Shown here piece after piece: positions 39,871 to 48,409 of a stretch of DNA of 64,000 bases (the stretch's first letter is position 1; every line of letters starts with the position of its first letter). The position numbers were made by a program, and so were the translations under genes. The stretch lies in IMG/VR virus record IMGVR_UViG_3300028364_000026, positions 1 through 64,000 of that record. One strand, 5' to 3'. The notes under the pieces were generated by a model, which was given only the letters and a program-made list of their open reading frames with translations, was not told where the DNA came from and did not search any database. The stretch is from a virus.

Positions 39871-40457
39871 TGAGTTTTAATAATAATAATAATAGTAATA
39901 ATAATATAAACACAGTAAACGACAATATAGATGAGGTAAACGACAATATAGATGCAGTAAACAACAATATAGATGCAGCAAAAAATACGTTTAATACTAA
40001 TAAAAAAGGGATAAACGACACTGTCGATTCAGTAAATTCACTGAAAAAAAGTAAATTTAATCTCTCAACTCTTACTGGTGTTCTGAATATAATATTGGCG
40101 GCTTTTTCAATACCAGAAGAACCTTTGATTCCTTTACCACCACCATTGTTATTAATAGGTGCCAAATTAAGACCAGGAATTTCAGCATCATCAATTGCCT
40201 CTAGAATTATTTCCAGACAATCAGAAGCTGGGAGACAAGTCGGTGATGCCTTTGCTGATGGACCAAACAATGAAGAAGCCATGGAACTGATTAGAGTTGA
40301 AGAAATGTTGAATTCATTATTAACTGAAGCTAAGGTTGAGATAGTTATACCACCTGGGGTTGGGGTTTTCACTCTTGGTGTAGGTAATTTAGGAGCACCA
40401 GTTGTTTCACAAGGCATAACAACCACCATTGGGATTGGTGAAGGAGTTTTAAGATAA
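39870..40457 (+). CDS. hypothetical virion protein with Asn-rich heptad N-terminus
   Basis: ORF coupled by TAATG overlap; Pro-rich middle and beta-rich C-terminus. Confidence 0.6.
   Translation: MSFNNNNNSNNNINTVNDNIDEVNDNIDAVNNNIDAAKNTFNTNKKGINDTVDSVNSLKKSKFNLSTLTGVLNIILAAFSIPEEPLIPLPPPLLLIGAKLRPGISASSIASRIISRQSEAGRQVGDAFADGPNNEEAMELIRVEEMLNSLLTEAKVEIVIPPGVGVFTLGVGNLGAPVVSQGITTTIGIGEGVLR
39915..39978 (+). repeat. three 21-bp tandem repeats (VNDNIDE / VNDNIDA / VNNNIDA)
   Basis: GTAAAC(G/A)ACAATATAGATG(AG/CA) x3. Confidence 0.8.
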
Positions 40458-40462
40458 AAAAA

Positions 40463-40651
40463 ATGGACGAAACAAAAGAAGATTTATTGTTATTAAGTAA
40501 CAATGAAATACTGTTTAAAATTAAACAGTATGAGGCTACGCATACATCGATTAAAGAAAAAATGTTAAGCGATTTAGATAGATTAGAAACAGTCGAAAAA
40601 CAATTTGATATAGCTAATAAAATAATTTTAAAAAGACTAAAAGGAGAATAA
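40463..40651 (+). CDS. small coiled-coil hypothetical protein
   Basis: 62-aa ORF between operon genes. Confidence 0.6.
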   Translation: MDETKEDLLLLSNNEILFKIKQYEATHTSIKEKMLSDLDRLETVEKQFDIANKIILKRLKGE

Positions 40652-41626
40652 ATGTATTTCAATATTAGTGATGGTAGAACTAGTTTAGCTAGAGGTCAAA
40701 ATAATCAGGAGAATTTAAGTAACTTCCAATATTTAAAATATGGTGAGGTTATTTCTATTGATGATGAATTTGGTTTAGGTAGAATAAAAGTTAGAATAAA
40801 CGGTGCTATCACTGCTGGTGGAGATAAAGATATCTCTAACTCAGAACTACCTTACGCTTTTCCTTTATTACCAAAACATTTGCAGATAATACCTAGAGTT
40901 GGTGAAATGGTTTGGGTTTTTGTTTTTGATAAAAACAGACAACATGTTGATAGAATTTATATCGGACCAATTACTTCTCAATTAAATAAACTTAATTTCG
41001 ATGAAGCCAGATTAGCTGCAATGGCTGGATTTACTTTTGGTCCTATGAACCCTTCTGTTAATGTAGATTCAATCCCACAACTAAAAGGTATTTTCCCTGA
41101 TAAAGAAGATATATCTATTCAAGGTCGATTCAACACAGATATTACTCAGAAAAGAAATGAAATTGTTCTTAGAGCTGGTAAATTTGAAACTTCCGAAACA
41201 AACAAATCAAATCCATACCCTTTTATTTTTAACACTAGAACTCAAGGTTTTTTACAGATAAAAAATGATGCTATAATAGATGAAAATAAATTGGGAACAA
41301 TTTCAACCTTAGTGTCAAATAAAATAAATTTAATAACTCATAGTGGTGGTAGCCCTAGATTTGATGTCACAAATCAAGATGATTTAATTAGTGACATTGA
41401 AATGAAAAGAATATTAACCGAAGCCCATCAATTACCTTTTGGTGATATTTTATTAGAGTATTTAATTTTAATGAAAAACGCTTTGTTTAACCATGTACAT
41501 AATGGTAGTGGAAACTCAGCTACAGATTTATCTTCTTCGGGTAACAAGCAATCGTTGGGGGTTTTTAAAAAAAGAGCAGATGATTTGGAAAAATCTATGC
41601 TTAGTAAAAATATCAGGATAAACTAA
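40652..41626 (+). CDS. baseplate hub/central spike, gp5/GpV-like OB-fold
   Basis: D..GLGRIKVRI, PLLP...IPRVGE.VWV, C-terminal HVH metal-binding spike motif. Confidence 0.75.
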   Translation: MYFNISDGRTSLARGQNNQENLSNFQYLKYGEVISIDDEFGLGRIKVRINGAITAGGDKDISNSELPYAFPLLPKHLQIIPRVGEMVWVFVFDKNRQHVDRIYIGPITSQLNKLNFDEARLAAMAGFTFGPMNPSVNVDSIPQLKGIFPDKEDISIQGRFNTDITQKRNEIVLRAGKFETSETNKSNPYPFIFNTRTQGFLQIKNDAIIDENKLGTISTLVSNKINLITHSGGSPRFDVTNQDDLISDIEMKRILTEAHQLPFGDILLEYLILMKNALFNHVHNGSGNSATDLSSSGNKQSLGVFKKRADDLEKSMLSKNIRIN

Positions 41627-41665
41627 TAAAACCAATCTTTCCTTATATTTATAAACAAAGATAAA

Positions 41666-43066
41666 ATGGTAATACACACATATTTTGAAAAAAATAACAC
41701 CATAGTAAGTAATACAAGTGCTAATACTGGTCTAAACCCAGTGGCTGAACTTTACTATGGTGGTCAATCAAATGAACAAGCTTACAGTAGGTTTATTTTT
41801 AAGTTTGATGAGTCAAGACTAAAAGAATTAGTTGAAGACAAAACCTTCACTGATTTAAGTAAATTAAAACATACCATTAGAATGACCAACACTGGTTCTT
41901 TCGATAAAGAACTATTAAATAAAAATATGGGGTCAAAAGCAAGAACTTGTTCTTTTGATTTAATTGTTTTTGAAATAAATCAGGATTGGGATAATGGTGT
42001 CGGTTATGATTATTTCTTACCTATCTTGGAAACTGGTGTTGATGTTTCTTTTTCAAATAACGCATCAAATTGGACCAACGCTAAAACTGGTCAAAAATGG
42101 ACTAATGGTATCGGAGTTTATTCTGGTTCACCTGTTGTTATCTCATCACAACATTTTGATAAAGGTAACGAGAACATAGAGCTTGATGTAAGCGACTACG
42201 TAAACAATTTGTTAAGTAATAGCGGAGCCACAAATTATGGTCTAGGAATAGCGTTTGAAGACTCATTTGAACTAATGAACACCATTCAAAAACAATATGT
42301 TGGGTTCTTTACGAATAACACACAAACATTTTATGAACCATATCTTGAAACAGTCTATTCTAACCACATTAGAGACGATAGGAACAACTTTTTCTTAGAT
42401 AAGGTAAACGAGTTATACTTATACGTAAATGTTGGGGGAAACCCTACTAATTTAGACGAATTACCTAACGTTAATATTTTAAATTCTAACGGAACTATAA
42501 TTAATACGTATCTACCATCAGATATCAATCAAATAACCAAAGGTGTTTATAGTATTTCACTTCAAATAGACACTAATGATAATATTGAAACGATGTACTA
42601 TGATGTTTGGACTAATTTAATAATAAATGGTGTTGCTAGACCAAACTTAGAAATGTCCTTTGTCCTTAAAGACTCTGTGGATTATTATAATATGAATGGG
42701 GATTTTGTCACTAAAAAAGTTGCTGTTTCATTATCAGGTCTACAAGATAATGAAAAAATAAAACGTGGGGATATTAGAAAAGTTCGTGTTTCGACAAGAA
42801 TACCTTATACCGTGGAACAATCACAAACTATCACCGATATTAAATATCGCCTATACATTTTAGAAGGACCAAGTGAGTTAACGGTAATCGATTTCCAAGC
42901 TGTTGAAATGGCAAGCAATTATAGTTATTTTTTATTAGATACAGCTAGTTTACTTCCAAATAAATATCATTTAGATGTATTGGTTACTTCTAATTTAGAA
43001 GTAACTACATTAAAAACTGTTATGCAATTTGAAATAATTAATCAAGTAGAGTTAAGAAAGTTTTAA
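41666..43066 (+). CDS. virion structural protein, DNRLRE-like beta-sandwich
   Basis: NTG....EL, SRFIFKFD, WDNG.G, IELDVSDYV, NYGL, PYLE motifs. Confidence 0.55.
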   Translation: MVIHTYFEKNNTIVSNTSANTGLNPVAELYYGGQSNEQAYSRFIFKFDESRLKELVEDKTFTDLSKLKHTIRMTNTGSFDKELLNKNMGSKARTCSFDLIVFEINQDWDNGVGYDYFLPILETGVDVSFSNNASNWTNAKTGQKWTNGIGVYSGSPVVISSQHFDKGNENIELDVSDYVNNLLSNSGATNYGLGIAFEDSFELMNTIQKQYVGFFTNNTQTFYEPYLETVYSNHIRDDRNNFFLDKVNELYLYVNVGGNPTNLDELPNVNILNSNGTIINTYLPSDINQITKGVYSISLQIDTNDNIETMYYDVWTNLIINGVARPNLEMSFVLKDSVDYYNMNGDFVTKKVAVSLSGLQDNEKIKRGDIRKVRVSTRIPYTVEQSQTITDIKYRLYILEGPSELTVIDFQAVEMASNYSYFLLDTASLLPNKYHLDVLVTSNLEVTTLKTVMQFEIINQVELRKF

Positions 43067-43107
43067 TAAACTATTTATGATAAAATAAAATAGTTTATAT
43101 TTATACA

Positions 43108-43181
43108 TATACGTTAACCAAGTATTAGTTTTGAGCGATAATATGGCTTTAAAGTTGTTTAGGCAACAAAAAAATTAGTAC
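43108..43181 (+). ncRNA. candidate structured 5' leader (three-way junction)
   Basis: P1 43122-43132/43171-43181, P2 43133-43136/43146-43149, P3 43154-43158/43163-43167; predicted by eye. Confidence 0.45.
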
Positions 43182-43207
43182 GATAATAAAATTAAAAGTT
43201 AAATAAA

Positions 43208-44014
43208 ATGAATTTAAACAATCCTACGGTTAATATTACCGTAAACAAAAGTAGACTTAAACGCTACACGAGCATTAATGAAATGCCAACTTACTTCTTA
43301 AGAAATCAATCTGAATTTCAAATTGAAATATTTAATCCAACAGATAATGTTGTTATGGCTAAAATAAAACTAAATGATAAATCGATATCACAAGGTGGTT
43401 TGGTTATTAAACCTGGGGAAAGAGTTTTTTTAGAGCGTTATTTAAACAATCCAACTAAATTTCTATTTGAAACCTATGAAGTTGAAAACTCAAATGAAGT
43501 TATATCCGCAATTAAAAATAATGGCGGTATAAAAGTTGAATTTTATGAAGAATTAATCTATACTAATCTATTACCAAATTATCAAGACCTTCGTTTTAAT
43601 CTATTCGATGCTAGTTCTAATAATACTGCTGGTAATTATAATACTTTGGGTAGTACCACTAATGCGGTGACGACCACCACCCCATACGCAACTACCACCT
43701 CAAACTCTTCAATTTTTTCAACCAATTCTTTTACTGACAACCAATCACTTAATAGGGCAATTAATGTAGGTACATCTTCAATGGCAATAGAAACTGGTAG
43801 AGTTCAATCTGGTGGTTTTTCCGAACAAAAAATGGTAAAAGTTAACAAAAATTTTTCATATGTACCATTTTATTCCGTTGAATATAAACTATTACCTATT
43901 TCACAAAAAATAAATACAGTTAAAGATTTAAACGTAAAAGTTTATTGTAAAAACTGTGGTAAAAAAGCTGGTAAAACCGACAGATTCTGTGGTTCTTGCG
44001 GTTTTAAATTATAA
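43208..44014 (+). CDS. hypothetical protein with beta-sandwich N-domain and C-terminal zinc ribbon
   Basis: CKNCG..FCGSCG at the C-terminus; Thr/Ser/Asn low-complexity linker. Confidence 0.8.
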   Translation: MNLNNPTVNITVNKSRLKRYTSINEMPTYFLRNQSEFQIEIFNPTDNVVMAKIKLNDKSISQGGLVIKPGERVFLERYLNNPTKFLFETYEVENSNEVISAIKNNGGIKVEFYEELIYTNLLPNYQDLRFNLFDASSNNTAGNYNTLGSTTNAVTTTTPYATTTSNSSIFSTNSFTDNQSLNRAINVGTSSMAIETGRVQSGGFSEQKMVKVNKNFSYVPFYSVEYKLLPISQKINTVKDLNVKVYCKNCGKKAGKTDRFCGSCGFKL

Positions 44015-44041
44015 TAAAATAATAAGGTTAACGTATAATTT

Positions 44042-44072
44042 AATCCCTAACTTTTAGTTAGGGATTTTTTTT
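44042..44072 (+). terminator. intrinsic terminator
   Basis: AATCCCTAACT-TTT-AGTTAGGGATT plus T tract. Confidence 0.8.
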
Positions 44073-44073
44073 G

Positions 44074-44081
44074 TAACTTTG
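44074..44081 (+). promoter_or_regulatory. Bacteroidota-type -7 element TAACTTTG
   Basis: TAnnTTTG match 10 bp upstream of ATG 44092. Confidence 0.45.
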
Positions 44082-44091
44082 TTAAAAATAA

Positions 44092-44652
44092 ATGTTAAAC
44101 AAAATAATCTATAACTATTTAATGAATTCGTTAATTAACGAATCTTCTACCATTAAAATAACTAATACAGAAAAACTAGATTTGTTCATTAAAGAAATGT
44201 TAGTTAAAAAGAAAGAAGAAACTCACCATAAGTCCGATTCTTTTAATCAAGCATATCGTTTAAGAACTGGAATGGGTGGTGAGATGGCTCTAGAGCAATT
44301 CTTAGGTAAAAACTTTGTTGATTTAACAATCGGAGACTCAAATGATTATCATGTCCCAGACCTATCTAAAATAGGGTTAAATGTAGGGATTAAAACCGTA
44401 GAGTTAGGTAAGTACCCAGTTATCTTTAAAAAATCCGAAAGACCAGAAATTATCGTATTAAGGTTAAGTGATGAAGTCTATTCAATAATCGGGTTAGTTA
44501 CCACCAAAGACTTAAACAGTTATCAAGATGATAGTAAAATTTTAAGTCCTAGTCTAAAAGCTAGAGGGACCAAGACTGCATTTGTTGGATTAAATAAAAT
44601 TAAACCTTTTTCAAACTATGAAGAATTAATTGAATTGTTAAATATTTGCTAA
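44092..44652 (+). CDS. PD-(D/E)XK-like nuclease-fold protein
   Basis: GMGGEMA..VPDL..VGIKT arrangement. Confidence 0.45.
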   Translation: MLNKIIYNYLMNSLINESSTIKITNTEKLDLFIKEMLVKKKEETHHKSDSFNQAYRLRTGMGGEMALEQFLGKNFVDLTIGDSNDYHVPDLSKIGLNVGIKTVELGKYPVIFKKSERPEIIVLRLSDEVYSIIGLVTTKDLNSYQDDSKILSPSLKARGTKTAFVGLNKIKPFSNYEELIELLNIC

Positions 44653-44714
44653 CTATTTTTAACAGACAAATATTACCATTACCTTTACAGTCAAATAAAT
44701 AAAAAAAAAACATT

Positions 44715-44939
44715 ATGGCAACTATCACAAGAAAACAAAGAGTTTTAACTGCAATGACAACACATGGTTCAATTAGTCCATGGTACGCCATTAATCAACT
44801 TGGTGACACAAGACTTTCAGCATCTATTTTTCAATTAAAAAAAGATGGGTACGATATTTCAACAGAAATGGTTAAAGGTAAAAATAAGTTTGGTGATGAA
44901 ATTAGATACGCTAAATATTCATTGGTTCCAACCCCGTAA
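44715..44939 (+). CDS. small winged-helix DNA-binding protein (HTH_39-like)
   Basis: GSISPWYAI..LG.TRLSASIFQLKKDGYDI..Y.L pattern. Confidence 0.75.
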   Translation: MATITRKQRVLTAMTTHGSISPWYAINQLGDTRLSASIFQLKKDGYDISTEMVKGKNKFGDEIRYAKYSLVPTP

Positions 44940-45923
44940 TTATTTAAAAATTTTAGAATTAATTTCATTTGAAAACGAATTAACTAAATCAGATAAAATA
45001 TTTGAATAATCGTATTTTTCAGAATTACTCACCAGCATTGATTTAATAAGTGACGTTGTTATTTTTTTACGGTTAGTAAATTTATCTAATTCTAAAACGT
45101 AGGTAAAACTATAAATATCGTCATATAAACTATTAAGTTTTTTTGGTTCGATATTTATAGTTATGTTAATTGAATGTGTTTTCCCATAACTATAAACGCT
45201 AGTATAAACGTTATCTATCTTATATTCACCATTACTCAGATTAATTTCTCTATCTTTTAGGTAATCGAATGAATTTTCAGATGGTAATTCATATGATTGT
45301 TTTTTATTCACATCATCTGGTGTGAAAATATATTGTAATTTTACCTTTTTTGGTGTGTTATATGTTTTCTTAACGATATTTAAAAACAATTTAGCCTCTT
45401 TTTTATTTGGGAATATGACAGAACTTGTATCTTCTTTATAGTTATCTTCTGCACTCTCATAGTCATAAGAACTACTACAATATTGGATAATGTAGTCGTT
45501 ATCTGAGTCTAAAATTATTCTACTCCCATTATTGTACTCATCAACGTAAATAGTTGTACCATCTTCTAATTCAACTCCAGCATCGACCGTACCAACTATT
45601 TTTTTACCTAATAAAACTGACGAAGTAACAAAATTATTAAGTTCAGTTTTTTTATTTTTTTCTTTTTCTTCATCTTCCCGATAGTTTTTATCGTAAGCTA
45701 TATCATCGTCTATATGACGCTTAATGTTAAAATCACTAATATCTTCTTCTCTATATATTTTTAGTGCTCTCCTTAAAGAATTTTTTAGACCATCCCCTTC
45801 TTGTGAGTCAATATAACTATCAAAATCGAAATCCTCGTTTATAGTATTTTTTTTACTGATATATCTTTGTTCAAACAAAAAATTAGCGTTTAATATATTA
45901 CTTAATTTATCTATTTTTCTCAT
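44940..45923 (-). CDS. hypothetical protein, putative head-targeted
   Basis: 327-aa ORF with an N-terminal ..LFEQ..TINE leader. Confidence 0.65.
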   Translation of the reverse strand: MRKIDKLSNILNANFLFEQRYISKKNTINEDFDFDSYIDSQEGDGLKNSLRRALKIYREEDISDFNIKRHIDDDIAYDKNYREDEEKEKNKKTELNNFVTSSVLLGKKIVGTVDAGVELEDGTTIYVDEYNNGSRIILDSDNDYIIQYCSSSYDYESAEDNYKEDTSSVIFPNKKEAKLFLNIVKKTYNTPKKVKLQYIFTPDDVNKKQSYELPSENSFDYLKDREINLSNGEYKIDNVYTSVYSYGKTHSINITINIEPKKLNSLYDDIYSFTYVLELDKFTNRKKITTSLIKSMLVSNSEKYDYSNILSDLVNSFSNEINSKIFK

Positions 45924-45937
45924 AACTTTTAATATAA

Positions 45938-46393
45938 TTATCCTTGTCTGATAATGTTGTACCCATCTATCTGTTGTAATTCATTACCCATTAAATTTAT
46001 TTTAGTTTCATCATCTGATTTAATTTCACCTTGTTCATCGCTACCATAATAAAGATTACAAGCTTCATTTTCGTCTATTTGGATAAACTCAACTTTCTCT
46101 ATTTTATCCATCCACCCAAATGTTTGTTCGATTAAATCATCCTTTGTTAATTCCCCGTCAGAATCTAAAAAATTACCATTGGGAAGTGCTACAACAACAT
46201 GACCATCTTCAAAATCGTACTCCCAATCACCTAAATGTTCCCACCCTTCTTCTTTAAAATAACCTCTAATAACGTATATTGGTAAATTATGTTTTCTATG
46301 TAATGCTACAGCATAAAAATTACATCCACCCATATTATAATCAACCTCGTTTAAAAGGTTTTCTCTAAGTAATTTTTTTATAAACTTTTTCAT
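45938..46393 (-). CDS. transglutaminase/papain-like Cys-His-Asp protein, putative head-targeted
   Basis: start reassigned to MKKFIKKLLRENLLNE (46393, ATATTTAT at 46398-46405); GGCNFYAVALH, GHVVV, FLDSDG. Confidence 0.55.
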   Translation of the reverse strand: MKKFIKKLLRENLLNEVDYNMGGCNFYAVALHRKHNLPIYVIRGYFKEEGWEHLGDWEYDFEDGHVVVALPNGNFLDSDGELTKDDLIEQTFGWMDKIEKVEFIQIDENEACNLYYGSDEQGEIKSDDETKINLMGNELQQIDGYNIIRQG

Positions 46394-46419
46394 AGTAATA
46401 AATATCACAAAATATGTTA

Positions 46420-46492
46420 AACCTTCATTTAAATTATCCTTAGAACATAATGGTTGAAGATTAACTAAACCCCAACACAAACGAACTCATTG
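46420..46492 (-). pseudogene. C-terminal relic of an HNH-like endonuclease
   Basis: LCWGLVNLQPLCSKDNL resembles the CW.L.NLQPLW..DNL end of phage HNH-like endonucleases; no upstream body. Confidence 0.5.
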
Positions 46493-46520
46493 GTAATATA
46501 TTATAAATATCTTTATAAAA

Positions 46521-46552
46521 CAAAAAAAGTCTCATAATTGAGACTTTTTTTG
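46521..46552 (-). terminator. intrinsic terminator after the major capsid gene
   Basis: CAAAAAAAGTCTCA-TAAT-TGAGACTTTTTTTG. Confidence 0.85.
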
Positions 46553-46574
46553 TTTATATAAGAAAGACAGTTTA

Positions 46575-48380
46575 TTATCTTAATTCGTTAATGTTGAATG
46601 TTGGTACACCATCTACTCTAATATGTCCGTAAAATCTGTTGTTTACAACTTTTTTAGCGTAACGTGTCATAATTCCCTTCACTGGAGCGAAGTTAAATGG
46701 GTTATACATTGTTGGTGTCAATTGTAATGGCACGTATGGTGCATAAATATAACCAGTATCTAACAATGATTTTCCTTTGTGTCCAATAATTACTGAGTAA
46801 GCTGGAGCGTAAGGGTCACGATAAACTTGGTAACGACCACTTAAAGCACCGATTCTTTCAATACCCATGTTGTACTCATCTTGTTCTGGGTTAGCATCAC
46901 TTACGTGGAAGTATTCTAAATCATCAAAAATAGCTGATATTTCAGAAGAAACTACGATAAAGTTAGCACCACCTCTAAGAGTTGTTTTGTGGATTTGAGC
47001 AGAAACTTGGTTAATCTTAGTGATTAATGTTTGATTCCAATCTTTTTGAGTATATGGTTGAGCACCTTGAGAAGCACGTCTCCAACCATTATAGTCAAAA
47101 CGCATTTGCCATGCAGCAGCAACACGAAGGTCTCTTAAAATTTCACGGTCAATTTCAGCAGCAACTTGCTCAGAAAGCATTGCAGTTAATTCAGCTTCAG
47201 CGTCAATGTTTTGGAACGCACTAACGTCTTGTGCTAGTTCTGGAGACCATGTAGCTCTTAATTTTCTTTCTTCTACAGAAACAACAACTTCATCTAATCT
47301 GAAAGAAACTTCTCCCATTTCAGTTTCAAGTTCTAATGATGCGTAATTAGCCCATGCTGAAGTAAATGTGAAAGCAGAAACAGTAGTTGCAGAAGCACCA
47401 ATGTAACCGTCATAACTTCCAGTTCCACCAGCAGCAAAATCAATTGGGTGACGTAAATCTAATTCTAAGAAACAAGTTCCACTTCCATCAGTTAGGTAGT
47501 TAGAAGTATTTCCCAAAGTTGATGGTGTCTTAGTTTTAGTTACAATACCTTGACCATATTGTTGAGTCACTAAACGGAAAGGAATTTCCTTACCAGCACC
47601 TATAATCTCTCCACCATCTCTATCTAAAATACGTTCTTCTGTAACGACACGTAACGAAGCTAAAAATGATTCAGTATCCATTTGGTTACCATCAGCACCA
47701 GTCATTACTTCTCTACCGTTAGTGATAACACTTGCAGAAAAACCAGAGATACCTACGATAATACTTCTTAATGAACCATCAGTTGCTAAAGGCAATACAT
47801 CTTCAGCAGCGGCTGGAACCATAGCACCAGCATCGTTTAATGTGTAAACAGTGTTAGCACCAGTTACAATAGTTAAAGTACCTTTTGAGTTATCAAACAA
47901 TCCGTCATTGTAGAACGCATCGTATAAGTTTTTCCCTAAGAATGGAGTAACTTTACAAGCAGCGTCATCAATACAAGAAGGAATACCGCTTTTCATGTTA
48001 GTGTGTGAGAACGTACCAGCCGCTTCTCCTTCTCCTTCAATACGAGAAGATGTTTGTGGTACAAAGAAGAACAATTTACCAATTGGCATGTTCATAGCTT
48101 GTACAGACACAATGTCGTTAGCTAATAATTTTGAAAAGACTCTACGTACAATTGGGAAAACAACTGTTTGAAATGAACCAGAAGACTGAGAATCAGTACT
48201 TTCAGTTAACATAGTAGCAGCTTGATTTTCGTACAATTGGCCAATGTTTTCTCTAACGTGACCTACAAGACCATCTAGGAAACCTAATGAACCCCATCTC
48301 TCTTGCGTCTCTAAACGAATAGATTTCATGTGGTTATACGAGATTTTACCAACTTGCCCTGAATTTAATAAATGTGACAT
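46575..48380 (-). CDS. gp23: major capsid protein, T4 gp23-like
   Basis: PIVRRV..LLANDIVSVQAM..P.G, RKLRATWSPELAQD, EIDREI, YAPYVPL, GIMTRYA. Confidence 0.95.
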   Translation of the reverse strand: MSHLLNSGQVGKISYNHMKSIRLETQERWGSLGFLDGLVGHVRENIGQLYENQAATMLTESTDSQSSGSFQTVVFPIVRRVFSKLLANDIVSVQAMNMPIGKLFFFVPQTSSRIEGEGEAAGTFSHTNMKSGIPSCIDDAACKVTPFLGKNLYDAFYNDGLFDNSKGTLTIVTGANTVYTLNDAGAMVPAAAEDVLPLATDGSLRSIIVGISGFSASVITNGREVMTGADGNQMDTESFLASLRVVTEERILDRDGGEIIGAGKEIPFRLVTQQYGQGIVTKTKTPSTLGNTSNYLTDGSGTCFLELDLRHPIDFAAGGTGSYDGYIGASATTVSAFTFTSAWANYASLELETEMGEVSFRLDEVVVSVEERKLRATWSPELAQDVSAFQNIDAEAELTAMLSEQVAAEIDREILRDLRVAAAWQMRFDYNGWRRASQGAQPYTQKDWNQTLITKINQVSAQIHKTTLRGGANFIVVSSEISAIFDDLEYFHVSDANPEQDEYNMGIERIGALSGRYQVYRDPYAPAYSVIIGHKGKSLLDTGYIYAPYVPLQLTPTMYNPFNFAPVKGIMTRYAKKVVNNRFYGHIRVDGVPTFNINELR

Positions 48381-48409
48381 AATTTTTTTTTGTTTTTTTT
48401 TTTTAATTA

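Noticed and set aside
43122-43181. Hammerhead ribozyme or known riboswitch in the structured leader
   Set aside because: Lacks the CUGAUGA/GAAA core and no riboswitch consensus that I recognise; kept only as an unassigned structure
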